From positions 2,528,001 through 2,592,000 of the forward strand of contig OY782041.1 in NCBI GenBank assembly GCA_963677595.1: a stretch of DNA of 64,000 nucleotides, read 5' to 3'. A program made the translations under genes and the position numbers. The stretch is from Spirochaetia bacterium (lineage in GTDB: Bacteria > Spirochaetota > Spirochaetia > CAKZLE01). Of this stretch, positions 1-9,537 are shown one piece after another (positions within the stretch are counted from its first letter, which is position 1; the number at the start of each line of letters is the position of its first letter). A model generated the notes under the pieces. The model had not been told where the DNA came from and searched no databases. It saw only the letters and a program-made list of their open reading frames with translations.

Positions 1-203
1 GGGGATATATCCAGGAGATCGGCGAATGTCTGGACACCATCACCGAGAAGAGTGAACTCGTGGAACTGGTGAATGCACTCTGGGAGTATGCGAACCTCGT
101 GAATGCATGGATCTATCAGTACATCCCGTGGGGTGCTTTCAAGATCGCACCGACAGTCACAAAAGAATTCTATAAGGAATCATTGGATTTCTTGAATAAA
201 TAG
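1..203 (+). CDS. Partial (3' end) cucumopine synthase-related protein, C-terminal helical bundle
   Basis: Frame 3 is open from the window edge to TAG at 201-203: ...ELVNALWEYANLVNAWIYQYIPWG..., resembling the Y-x-N-x3-W-x4-PW motif of Cucumopine_C. Recognised from memory. Confidence 0.55.
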   Translation, partial: GYIQEIGECLDTITEKSELVELVNALWEYANLVNAWIYQYIPWGAFKIAPTVTKEFYKESLDFLNK

Positions 204-217
204 TTTGGAGGCAAACA

Positions 218-1249
218 ATGAGAAAGGGAAGAAACAGGATCGCTCTATTGGTTATGGTAGCACTGCTTGCAAGTTCCATGCTGTTCGCTGCAGGACAGAT
301 TGAGACTAAAGAAGCTGTGGATGAACCCGTTCAGGTCATCTTTCGACTGGACTGGCTGCCAAGTGCATATCATGCTCCAGTGTTTGTAGCTGTTGAGAAC
401 GGCTATTGGGAAGATGCAGGACTGGATGTAGAAGTGCAGTTCGGAAAGGGTTCAACTGATACTGCTAAGATGGTTGCAACAAAGCAGGCTGATTTCGGTT
501 GGGCGAATACCGTAGTCACTACTCATGCGATCGAGACAGGTATGCCTTTGAAGACTATCTACGGTACCTACCAGAAGAACGCTCTTGGTGTCATGGTATT
601 CAAGGATTCAGGTATCACTGATGCTTCACAGCTTGGAGGCAAGAAAGTGACTATGACAGGGTCTGGAGAAGAGGCAGTACTCTTCCCTCTCTGGATGGAA
701 TTCAATGGTGTCGATTCTGAGAATGTAGACAGGGTCATAATCGAATCACGGGACACGAGAAGGGCGATGTTCCTGGAAGGTGAAGTCGACGCATACTGGG
801 AGACCCTGTTCAGTAATATCCCGGTGCTGCAGGAACAGACAGATCGTGAGATCACTGGCATCATGATCAGCGATGGTGACCACCCGCTGAACCTCCTGCT
901 GCAGGGACTTATTACCAACACTACAATGATCGAAGACAGCCCTGAGGTCGTGGAGGCTTTCGTTGCCGGTTTCAAGAAGGCTATTCAGTGGTCCATGGAT
1001 GATCCTGAAGGTGCGACTGACATCCTGATGAAGCTGGTACCTGAGATCCAGAACAGGGAGATCTCAATCGGGATCCTTGAGAATTCATTCAAGCTGTTCC
1101 AGACGAACAATTCTGAATCCATGGCCCTTGGGATGTACTCTGACAAGGACTGGGATGTGACTCTTGACCTCATGGTTGAGATGGGGAATCTGGAAACAAT
1201 CGATTCGTACGACAAGTACTACACGAATGAGTTCATTCCAGAGGATTAA
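218..1249 (+). CDS. ABC transporter substrate-binding protein, NMT1/THI5 (SsuA-like) family
   Basis: Signal peptide; RLDWLPSAYHAP...GY...GLDV and GKGS motifs; GGAGG RBS. Confidence 0.9.
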   Translation: MRKGRNRIALLVMVALLASSMLFAAGQIETKEAVDEPVQVIFRLDWLPSAYHAPVFVAVENGYWEDAGLDVEVQFGKGSTDTAKMVATKQADFGWANTVVTTHAIETGMPLKTIYGTYQKNALGVMVFKDSGITDASQLGGKKVTMTGSGEEAVLFPLWMEFNGVDSENVDRVIIESRDTRRAMFLEGEVDAYWETLFSNIPVLQEQTDREITGIMISDGDHPLNLLLQGLITNTTMIEDSPEVVEAFVAGFKKAIQWSMDDPEGATDILMKLVPEIQNREISIGILENSFKLFQTNNSESMALGMYSDKDWDVTLDLMVEMGNLETIDSYDKYYTNEFIPED

Positions 1250-1269
1250 TCTGATTCTATGATTACCCG

Positions 1270-1293
1270 CATGCTCCTGTTCGCAGGAGTATG
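1270..1293 (+). terminator. Intercistronic stem-loop after the SBP gene (mRNA stabiliser or partial terminator)
   Basis: CATGCTCCTG-TTCG-CAGGAGTATG. Confidence 0.55.
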
Positions 1294-1334
1294 GGGGATC
1301 TTCACTATTACGAAGAGGTTGAAGGACATTACAT

Positions 1335-2180
1335 ATGAGTGGAACCAATGTTGCAGAGAAAGAGCATAATGCAGTTATTGAGATTCAGAACCTTGGAATG
1401 ACGTATACAAGAAACAATCTTGAGCCGGTAACTGCAATCGAAGATATCCACCTGAGTGCTTCTGAAGGGGAGTTCGTATCCATTGTTGGTCCCAGCGGAT
1501 GTGGAAAGACGACGCTGCTCAGACTTGTATCCGGATTGCTGACTCCTACGAAGGGAGCAGTGAATATTCATGGACAACCAGTGACTGGTCCCAGCCGGAA
1601 TGTTGGTATGGTCTTTCAGCAGCCAATATTATTAGAATGGCGTTCGATCCTGGATAATATTCTCCTACCGATCGAGGTGAGAAAAGAGAACAAGAAAGAC
1701 TATCAGGAACAGGCTATGCAACTTCTTAAGTTATCAGGTCTGGATGGTTTCGGGAATAAGAGTCCTTTTGAGCTTTCAGGAGGAATGAAGCAGAGAGCCT
1801 GTATCTGCCGTGCTTTGATCGAGAACCCGGCAGTATTGCTGATGGATGAACCTTTTGGGGCTTTGGATGCATTTACCCGAGACCAGATGAATCTTGAATT
1901 ATTACGAATCTGGCGAGGGGAGAGTGATGCGTTCAAAGATGTTACGCACCACGCTAAGAAAACGATCATTTTCATTACCCATAGTATACAGGAAGCAGTA
2001 TTCCTCTCTGACAGGGTGATCGTCCTCTCGGCAAGACCTAGTAAAGTGATTAAGGAATATAAGATCCCGTTTGCACGACCAAGAACTGAAGAAGTTCTCA
2101 AGGAGCAGGAATTCGGTGAATTGGTATTTCAGATAACTGATGACATCAAAGCAAATTGTGGTCAGTTACTCTACTCATAA
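1335..2180 (+). CDS. ABC transporter ATP-binding protein, NitT/TauT family
   Basis: Walker A GPSGCGKT, signature LSGGMKQR, LLMDEPFGALD. Confidence 0.95.
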   Translation: MSGTNVAEKEHNAVIEIQNLGMTYTRNNLEPVTAIEDIHLSASEGEFVSIVGPSGCGKTTLLRLVSGLLTPTKGAVNIHGQPVTGPSRNVGMVFQQPILLEWRSILDNILLPIEVRKENKKDYQEQAMQLLKLSGLDGFGNKSPFELSGGMKQRACICRALIENPAVLLMDEPFGALDAFTRDQMNLELLRIWRGESDAFKDVTHHAKKTIIFITHSIQEAVFLSDRVIVLSARPSKVIKEYKIPFARPRTEEVLKEQEFGELVFQITDDIKANCGQLLYS

Positions 2181-2200
2181 CTTCTGATGGTTGGTGAAAA

Positions 2201-2965
2201 ATGATAAATAGAAACGAAACGATAAAATCGATACTGTACCCGATACTGTTCATTGTACTGTTGATCATTATCTGGCACTATGCTGTACGAATCTTTGAGA
2301 TTGCCGTCTATATACTTCCAGATCCGTATGATATTCCTGGTAATCTCGTTGACAACTTCGAGATTATCATGAACCATACGAAGATCACGTTATATGAGAC
2401 CTTCCTCGGGTTAGCACTCAGTATCGTGTTTGCAGTTTGCATCTCCGTACTGATTGTCAGTTCTGAGGTTGCTGATAAAGTTCTTATGCCGCTGATGATC
2501 CTATCACAGTCCTTCCCGAAAACAGCCATAGCCCCGCTCATGGTCATCTGGTTCGGGTATGATACCCTCCCTAAGATCATCATGAGTTTCCTCATAGGAT
2601 TCTTCCCGATAACCATGAACATGGTAATGGGTTTGCGATCCCCAAGCGAGGAGATGATGGATCTTATCAAGTCCCTTTCAGCTACGAAAGGGCAGATATT
2701 CATGAAAATGAGAATACCCGCTTCTATACCGTATTTCTTCAATGGGATCAAGATCTCTATTCCGATGTGTCTTGTCGGTGCAGTCGTCGGGGAGTTCGTC
2801 GGAGCTAATAAGGGACTTGGGTATGCGATTCTCATGGCTAATAACGAGTTCAACACCATCCTGGTATTCTCTTGCTTAGTCGTACTTTCCATCGTAGGTG
2901 CAGCATTGTATTTCCTGGCAGAGCGGCTCGAGAGGATGTCAGCTCCCTGGTACAAGAAGAACTAG
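2201..2965 (+). CDS. ABC transporter permease, NitT/TauT family
   Basis: Hydrophobic; PKTAIAPL...WFG and GAVVGEF..A..GLG motifs. Confidence 0.93.
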   Translation: MINRNETIKSILYPILFIVLLIIIWHYAVRIFEIAVYILPDPYDIPGNLVDNFEIIMNHTKITLYETFLGLALSIVFAVCISVLIVSSEVADKVLMPLMILSQSFPKTAIAPLMVIWFGYDTLPKIIMSFLIGFFPITMNMVMGLRSPSEEMMDLIKSLSATKGQIFMKMRIPASIPYFFNGIKISIPMCLVGAVVGEFVGANKGLGYAILMANNEFNTILVFSCLVVLSIVGAALYFLAERLERMSAPWYKKN

Positions 2966-3011
2966 AAGATCAACTATCCAGAATAATGAACTTTTTACAA
3001 GAGGTGTGTAT

Positions 3012-4010
3012 ATGAAGAAGTTTATGAATGATCCGATGAATTTCGTAAATGACATGATGTCAGGGATCATGTTGGCTCATGGGGACCTGTACAAACTGGC
3101 AGCCAATGACAGGAAGTGCCTGGTACGGAAAGAGACCCCTATTGAGGGGAAGGTTGCCATCGTCACGGGTGGAGGATCCGGTCATCTGCCGGTATTCCTC
3201 GGTTATGTTGGGGAAGGGCTTGCTGACGGCTGTGCCGTTGGGAACGTCTTTTCCTCACCGACTGCCCGACAGATCTATAAAGTTGCAAAAGCAGTCAGCG
3301 CCGATAAGGGAGTCCTCTTTCTCTACGGGATGTACCAGGGCGATATGATGAACTTCGATAAGGCTGCCGATATGGCACGGGAGGACGGCTTGACGGTCGA
3401 ATCCCTCAGGGTATCGGATGATGTAGCATCAGCACCCGCCGATCGTTGGCAGGAACGACGAGGTGTCGGTGGTATCTTCTTCGCCTATAAGATCGCAGGG
3501 GCGATAGCCAAGACGGGAGCTTCCCTGGATGAGGTCATTGAAGTCACGAAAAGGGCAATCACGAACATCCGTACGCTCGGTGTGGCGATTTCCTCCTGTA
3601 TCCTTCCCGCAATGGGGAAGGAGACCTTCGAGATCGAAGCGGACAAGATGGAGATCGGCATGGGGATCCATGGAGAATCGGGTGTCGAACGGGTGACTAT
3701 GAAGAGTTCGAAGGAGATCGCTTCCATCCTCGTGGATACTGTCTGTGAAGATGCCGGCCTGAAAGCCGGGGAAGAGGTCGCGGTTCTGGTGAACAGCCTT
3801 GGGGGCACACCGCTGGAAGAGCTCTATATCCTCTATGGGGACATCTACCCGCTGCTCGAGGCACGGGGATTGAAGGTCTATAAAAAGTACATAGACCGGT
3901 ATGCATGTTCTATGGAGATGCAGGGAGCATCCCTGAGCCTGATGCGCCTGGACCCGGAACTCAAGGAACTGCTTGATGCAGAAGCAGCTTCCCCGTTCCT
4001 GAACCTGTAA
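3012..4010 (+). CDS. dhaK: Dihydroxyacetone kinase subunit DhaK-like
   Basis: MKKFMNDP start after GAGG; GGGSGHLP, DDVAS, RRG and GMGIHGE motifs. Confidence 0.88.
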   Translation: MKKFMNDPMNFVNDMMSGIMLAHGDLYKLAANDRKCLVRKETPIEGKVAIVTGGGSGHLPVFLGYVGEGLADGCAVGNVFSSPTARQIYKVAKAVSADKGVLFLYGMYQGDMMNFDKAADMAREDGLTVESLRVSDDVASAPADRWQERRGVGGIFFAYKIAGAIAKTGASLDEVIEVTKRAITNIRTLGVAISSCILPAMGKETFEIEADKMEIGMGIHGESGVERVTMKSSKEIASILVDTVCEDAGLKAGEEVAVLVNSLGGTPLEELYILYGDIYPLLEARGLKVYKKYIDRYACSMEMQGASLSLMRLDPELKELLDAEAASPFLNL

Positions 4011-4024
4011 GGGGGGAGAAATCT

Positions 4025-4645
4025 ATGGATACGAACAAGATGACAGGCATGATACAGGCTGTATGTGAAGACCTGATCTCCCGGAAGGATGAGTTCTGCG
4101 AACTTGATGCAAAGGCAGGTGATGGGGACCTGGGAGTGACCCTCGTATATGGCTGCAGGGCAATCCTGGAATACCTTGAAGAGTATGACCTTGATGTGAT
4201 GACTCCCGGCGAGATCCTCGAAGGCTGTGGCGAGGCATTCGAGGAGAACACCGGATCCACATTATCGATCATCATCGCTGAGATGCTCTATGCAGCAGCG
4301 AAATCACTTGGGGAAAGTGAAGATCTCGGCAAAGCTTTGCTGGCAGCTGTAGACGGGGTGGCGAAACGGGGAAAAGTCACGATTGGTGACAAGACGATCT
4401 ATGACTCCCTCAAACCATCGGCTGATGCATACATGCTGCAGCAGAACTTGGGTGTGGATGTTGCGGCATGCCTGGAACACGCTGTTGAGGCTGCAACTGC
4501 CGGTATGGAGAGTACCAGGGGGATGAAGGCGAGGACCGGACGAGCAAGCTGGATGGGCGACGGGGTCGTCGAGCATGTCGATGCCGGGTCTGTCGTCTGG
4601 GTTCGGATACTAACGAAAATACAGGATCTTGTGATCCAGGATTAA
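4025..4645 (+). CDS. dhaL: Dihydroxyacetone kinase subunit DhaL (DAK2 domain)
   Basis: LD...GDGDLG, GDKT.YD and GRAS...D.G motifs. Confidence 0.88.
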   Translation: MDTNKMTGMIQAVCEDLISRKDEFCELDAKAGDGDLGVTLVYGCRAILEYLEEYDLDVMTPGEILEGCGEAFEENTGSTLSIIIAEMLYAAAKSLGESEDLGKALLAAVDGVAKRGKVTIGDKTIYDSLKPSADAYMLQQNLGVDVAACLEHAVEAATAGMESTRGMKARTGRASWMGDGVVEHVDAGSVVWVRILTKIQDLVIQD

Positions 4646-4672
4646 TACTATTTATTGATGAAAGGTGAATAT

Positions 4673-5773
4673 ATGTTCAAACTCGAAAACGTAGCACGTG
4701 ACTGTATCATGAAGAGTGATAAGTACATTCCGGGGAAACCCGTCGAAGAGGTTGAGAGGGAGTACGGGGTGAGCGACAGTATCAAGCTCGCTTCGAACGA
4801 GAACCCCTTCGGGGCATCACTCGTAGCGTTCAAGGCAATGGTGAAGGAACTGACGACCCATTCCCACCTCTATCCTGAAAGTTCAAGTTTTAAACTGAAG
4901 ATGGCCCTTGCGGAGAAGCATGCTGTCGACCCAGGAATGATACTGGTAGACAACGGCCTTGACGGCGTCATCAACACGTTCGGCATGACCTTCATAGATC
5001 CCGGTGACAAGGTGGTTACCTCCGATATCACATTTCCGGCTTATAAGAATATTACCACGAAGATGAACGGGAACCTCGTTGTGGTTCCCGCTGCCGATGA
5101 TCTCGGGTTCGATATCGACGGTATCCTTGAGGCTGCAGGGAGTGATGCGAAGATCATCTTCCTCTGTAACCCGAACAACCCGACGGGGAACATGATCGGG
5201 AAGGCAGATTTCGAGAGGATCATGAAAGCCGTGCCGGAGACGACCCTGGTCGTCTCTGACGAAGCCTATTTCGAGTTCGCAGTCGACGAGGAGTATCCCG
5301 ATACGATCTCATACCTGAACGAGTATCCTAACCTGGTCGTACTGAGGACGTTCTCGAAAATCATGGGACTAGCCGGGATCCGGGTCGGTTATATGATCGC
5401 TGATCCCAATATCGTAGAGGTCATGATGAAGGCGAGACTCCCGTTCCCGGTGAACAGGATCGCTGAGGCTGGGGCCCTTGCATCACTGACAGACCAGGAA
5501 TTCATAGAACGGGTCGTGACCCATACCGTCAGCGAACGGATATGGTTGAAGGAGCAGCTGGAAGCCATGGGGATGACTGCTGAAGAGAGTCATACGAACT
5601 TCCTCTTCGTGAAGCTGAACAGGCCAATGGGGACGCTGTATGAAGACCTGCTGCGAAAAGGGATCATCCTCCGACCAGTAGCCTATAACGGAGCTGACTA
5701 TTTCAGGATCACCATCGGGACGGCTGAAGAGAACAGGATCCTTCTCGACGGACTGAAGGATATCCTGGGGTAG
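4673..5773 (+). CDS. hisC: Histidinol-phosphate transaminase-like PLP aminotransferase
   Basis: YIPGKP, KLASNENP, CNPNNPTG, DEAY and RTFSK..GLAG.R.GY motifs. Confidence 0.85.
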   Translation: MFKLENVARDCIMKSDKYIPGKPVEEVEREYGVSDSIKLASNENPFGASLVAFKAMVKELTTHSHLYPESSSFKLKMALAEKHAVDPGMILVDNGLDGVINTFGMTFIDPGDKVVTSDITFPAYKNITTKMNGNLVVVPAADDLGFDIDGILEAAGSDAKIIFLCNPNNPTGNMIGKADFERIMKAVPETTLVVSDEAYFEFAVDEEYPDTISYLNEYPNLVVLRTFSKIMGLAGIRVGYMIADPNIVEVMMKARLPFPVNRIAEAGALASLTDQEFIERVVTHTVSERIWLKEQLEAMGMTAEESHTNFLFVKLNRPMGTLYEDLLRKGIILRPVAYNGADYFRITIGTAEENRILLDGLKDILG

Positions 5774-5794
5774 AAAGGAAGAAAGGGCTTGGGT

Positions 5795-7039
5795 ATGGAT
5801 TGCGATAGCGAGAGGATCAAAAGACGACTGGATGAGCTGTCCGGGTTCAATGCGACTCCTGGATGCGGTATAACCCGGTTCTCTTACAGCAGAGAGGACC
5901 GTGAAGCAAGGATCTATCTCATTGAACAGATGGAAGCGATCGGACTCTCGGTATCCATAGATGCTGTAGGCAATATCAGGGGAAGAATGGAGGGGACAGA
6001 CCCTCAGGCTCCCCCAGTCATCACCGGCTCCCATATCGATACCGTGTTTCACGGCGGCAAGTATGACGGTGCGGTTGGAGTCATCTGTGCCCTTGAGGTG
6101 CTGTCGGTCTTGAAGGACAAGAGCTTATCGGGGAAACACCCCGTGGAGATCATGATCTTCTCAGAGGAAGAGGGGTCGAACTTTGATTCCACCATGGCAG
6201 GCAGTAAGGCATTTGCTGGGAAGTATACCCTGGAAGACCTGAAGAAGATCCGGAACCGAGATGGGATGGCCATGTACACCATGCTGAAGGATGCAGGGTT
6301 CCACCCTGACAACCTTCCTGCGGAACAGGACGGGAGAGCCCCGATCAAGGCATTCATCGAGCTGCACGTCGAGCAGGGAGGAGTTCTTGATGCCGAGAAT
6401 CGTTCGATAGGTATAGTGAAGGGAATCAACGGCAGCCGGTGTTTGGAGATCATCGTGAAAGGCGAGGCCAACCATGCCGGGGCTACCCCTATGTATCTCA
6501 GGCGTGACCCTATGGTTGCCGCTGCCATGATCATTAGTGAGATAGACCAGGCAATGAGTAAGGATACTGATGCTACCACGGTTGCGACCGTAGGAAAGAT
6601 CCATGCATCCCCCGGGATCTCGAACTGCATTGCTGAAGAGGTGAGGTTCACCGTCGATGTCCGGGATATTGTGGAGAGCGGTATCGAGCGGGTCTGCAGG
6701 GCAATCGATACGACCACTGCCAGGGCTGAAGAACAGTATGGGGTGAAGGTCTCGCAGGGGATCCTCGCGGAATCGGATGTCGTGACCTTGTCTGACACGG
6801 TGATCTCCGTCCTCAAGGAGAAGGCAGAAACCCGGGGTGTCTCATACCGGTGCATGAACAGTGGTGCCGTCCATGATGCAGCAATGCTGGGCTCTCTCAC
6901 CGATGTAGGTATGATCTTCGTCCCGAGTATCAGGGGAAAGAGCCATGTCCCTGAAGAGGATACGAGGATCGAAGATATAACGTATGGGGCAGATCTCCTG
7001 CTGGAAGGCATCTGCGGACTAGCCGGGATAGAGATCTAG
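5795..7039 (+). CDS. Zn-dependent N-carbamoyl-amino acid amidohydrolase (M20, allantoate amidohydrolase/HyuC family)
   Basis: GSHIDTV..GG.YDG, EEEG, ELHVEQG, NHAGATPM, SGAVHDA and SH.PEE motifs. Confidence 0.92.
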   Translation: MDCDSERIKRRLDELSGFNATPGCGITRFSYSREDREARIYLIEQMEAIGLSVSIDAVGNIRGRMEGTDPQAPPVITGSHIDTVFHGGKYDGAVGVICALEVLSVLKDKSLSGKHPVEIMIFSEEEGSNFDSTMAGSKAFAGKYTLEDLKKIRNRDGMAMYTMLKDAGFHPDNLPAEQDGRAPIKAFIELHVEQGGVLDAENRSIGIVKGINGSRCLEIIVKGEANHAGATPMYLRRDPMVAAAMIISEIDQAMSKDTDATTVATVGKIHASPGISNCIAEEVRFTVDVRDIVESGIERVCRAIDTTTARAEEQYGVKVSQGILAESDVVTLSDTVISVLKEKAETRGVSYRCMNSGAVHDAAMLGSLTDVGMIFVPSIRGKSHVPEEDTRIEDITYGADLLLEGICGLAGIEI

Positions 7040-7072
7040 ATCATATTACACAAACGATGTGAGAGGTGGACT

Positions 7073-8467
7073 ATGAAGAAGCTGATAACGAACGGGACAA
7101 TCATCACGGCGAAGGAAGAGTACCGTGCAGACCTGCTGATCGAGGACGGGAAGATCGTGAAGATCGGGAAGCAGCTGGAGGCAGAAGGCTCCGAGGTCGT
7201 GGATGCAGCCGGCTGCTACATCCTGCCCGGGGGCGTGGACCAGCACGTGCATTTCTCGTTCGAGTTCAACGGGACGAAGGTGCGGGGCTTCGAGACCTCG
7301 AACGCGGCAGCGCTCGGGGGGACGACGACGGTGATCGAGTTCGTGAACCAGATCCGCGGCAAGGGACTGCTCGAGTCGATCGAGGAGTACCGGAAGGAGC
7401 AGGTTGACGGGATCGCGCTGGTGGACTACAACCTGCATGGTATCATCACGGACCCGCGGGAAGAGGTCTTCGAGGAGATGGAGTCGCTGGTAGCGGCAGG
7501 GTATACGACGGTGAAGCTGTTCATGGCGTACAAGGGGATGTTCTTCCATGCGGATGACGATGCGATCCTGAAGGCGCTGAAGGCAGGGAAGAAAGCCGGT
7601 GTGACGATCATGGTGCATGCGGAGAACGCCGAGGCGATCGATGTGTTCCAGAAAGAACTCGTGGCAGCGGGAAAGACCGAACCCTACTCACATGTGTTAT
7701 CGCGGCCGCCGCTGGTGGAGGCAGAGGCGACGAGGAGGGCGATCTACCTGTCGCAGCTGGCCGATGCGCCGATCTACATCGTGCATGTATCGTGTACTGA
7801 GGCGGTGAACGAGGTGAAGAAAGCCTACACCTCAGGACTGCCGGTGCGGGGAGAGACCTGCTCGCACTACCTGGTGCTCGATGACAGCAAGCTGGCACTG
7901 CCGGACTTCGAGGGGGCGAAATATGTCTGCTCACCGGCACTGCGAAGCGCAGACCACCATGAGTCGCTGTGGGAAGCGATCGATATGGGCTGGCTGAACG
8001 CGGTGAGCTCGGACCACTGCGGGTTCGACTGGGCAGAACAGAAGCACATGGGGAAAGATTCCTTCGTGAACATCCCGAACGGGGCACCGGGGATGGAACA
8101 CCGGCTGGCGATCCTGTGGACCTACGGGGTGGAGACGGGACGGATCACGAAGCAGAAGCTGGTGGAACTGTTCGCGACGGAACCGGCGAGGAACACGGGG
8201 ATCGATTACTGCAAGGGGCATATAGCCATCGGCTATGATGCGGACCTGGTGGTGTTCGACCCGACATGGAAGGGCGTGATCACGAACGAGCGAAGCCTGC
8301 AGGGCGTGGACTACACGCCGTATGAGGGGATGGAGCAGATCGGACGGGTCGAGAAGGTCTTCCTGCGAGGCGAGCAGATCGTCGACGGCGGGGAGTATAT
8401 GGGAACGGCAGTGAAGGGAACGCACGTGAAGGGGAGACCCTTTGGTGCGACCTATAAGCAGAGATAA
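7073..8467 (+). CDS. hydA: Dihydropyrimidinase / D-hydantoinase
   Basis: PGGVDQHVH, KLFMAY, VHAEN, KYVCSPALR, SDHC and IPNGAPG motifs. Confidence 0.92.
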   Translation: MKKLITNGTIITAKEEYRADLLIEDGKIVKIGKQLEAEGSEVVDAAGCYILPGGVDQHVHFSFEFNGTKVRGFETSNAAALGGTTTVIEFVNQIRGKGLLESIEEYRKEQVDGIALVDYNLHGIITDPREEVFEEMESLVAAGYTTVKLFMAYKGMFFHADDDAILKALKAGKKAGVTIMVHAENAEAIDVFQKELVAAGKTEPYSHVLSRPPLVEAEATRRAIYLSQLADAPIYIVHVSCTEAVNEVKKAYTSGLPVRGETCSHYLVLDDSKLALPDFEGAKYVCSPALRSADHHESLWEAIDMGWLNAVSSDHCGFDWAEQKHMGKDSFVNIPNGAPGMEHRLAILWTYGVETGRITKQKLVELFATEPARNTGIDYCKGHIAIGYDADLVVFDPTWKGVITNERSLQGVDYTPYEGMEQIGRVEKVFLRGEQIVDGGEYMGTAVKGTHVKGRPFGATYKQR

Positions 8468-8497
8468 ACGACAACGTACAATACAGGAGAACAAGCA

Positions 8498-9319
8498 ATG
8501 GCAAAGATAACGGATCTGAAGGGGTACTGTTACCCGTTGAGCCCGGAAGGGAAGGCATCGCTGCTGGGGGACATGCCCTGGCACTACGGGACGGAGTACC
8601 TGAACATCGCATACAAGACGGATGCGGATGCGATCGCGAAGTGGATACCGGAGCCGCTGGAGCCGGGCCCGAACCCGGACACGGCCTACGTGGCATTCAG
8701 CAAGTGGTGGTCAGTATGGGATGACGCGAAGGACATGGCATACGTGAACCCGGAGCGGACGCAGTACACCGAGGCGGCGATCTGGGTAGGGTGTTCATAC
8801 AAGGGACAGCCGGCACAGATGTGTCTGTCGATCTGGGTGGACAATGACTTCACGATGGCACGGGGCTGGTTCATGGGCTTCCCGAAGAAGTTGGGATCGA
8901 TCAGTATCACGAGCTATAACGGGCTGAACCCGGGGATGAGCGAAGAGGGAGAGGGATCGATCCTCTCCGGGATCGTCTCCTCGCACGGGGAGCGGCTGAT
9001 CAAGGGTACGGCTACGCTGGAGCGGAAGATCGACCGGGCAGAGCTGCCGAAGCCGATGGGGCTGCCGATCTTCCACCTGCGGCAGTTCCCGAGCCTGGTG
9101 CCGGGCGCACAGCCGTCGGTACTGGAGATCGTGAAGCTGGGAGCGAAGGACTGGAACTGGGGCCCGGATGTCTGGGCCGGGAGCGGATCGCTTGAGTTCC
9201 TCCCCTCGGAGCTGGAGGAGCATATGCCGCTCAAGCCGAAGGAGATCATCGGATCCTACCGGTTCCGTAACGGGTACACCTTCGACGGCGGTGAGGTCGT
9301 CTACGACTACCTGAAATAA
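8498..9319 (+). CDS. Acetoacetate decarboxylase-like superfamily protein, MppR-like subgroup
   Basis: GY..PLSPEG.ASL...PWHY N-terminus; RGW..GFPKKLG containing the Schiff-base Lys. Confidence 0.82.
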   Translation: MAKITDLKGYCYPLSPEGKASLLGDMPWHYGTEYLNIAYKTDADAIAKWIPEPLEPGPNPDTAYVAFSKWWSVWDDAKDMAYVNPERTQYTEAAIWVGCSYKGQPAQMCLSIWVDNDFTMARGWFMGFPKKLGSISITSYNGLNPGMSEEGEGSILSGIVSSHGERLIKGTATLERKIDRAELPKPMGLPIFHLRQFPSLVPGAQPSVLEIVKLGAKDWNWGPDVWAGSGSLEFLPSELEEHMPLKPKEIIGSYRFRNGYTFDGGEVVYDYLK

Positions 9320-9351
9320 GGGGAACGTCAACAATACTTGCTAATAGCAAT

Positions 9352-9392
9352 TGTGTGCATCCTGTAAAAGAGTGGGGGATGCACACAGTTTT
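9352..9392 (+). terminator. Intrinsic terminator
   Basis: TGTGTGCATCC...GGATGCACACA followed by GTTTT, at the operon end. Confidence 0.7.
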
Positions 9393-9537
9393 GGAATGTA
9401 CACCATATAACACAGGATATCGTATCAAAACATATATAAATAGCATATTACGTTCTGTATTGGTTGCATTCTGTGGTATGATATCTGTATAATTGCTGGT
9501 TAAGAAGTGTGTAGATGCAGCAGTGAAGGTATAGTAT

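Noticed and set aside
4673-5773. Evidence for a histidine biosynthesis operon
   Set aside because: No other his genes are nearby and the context is catabolic
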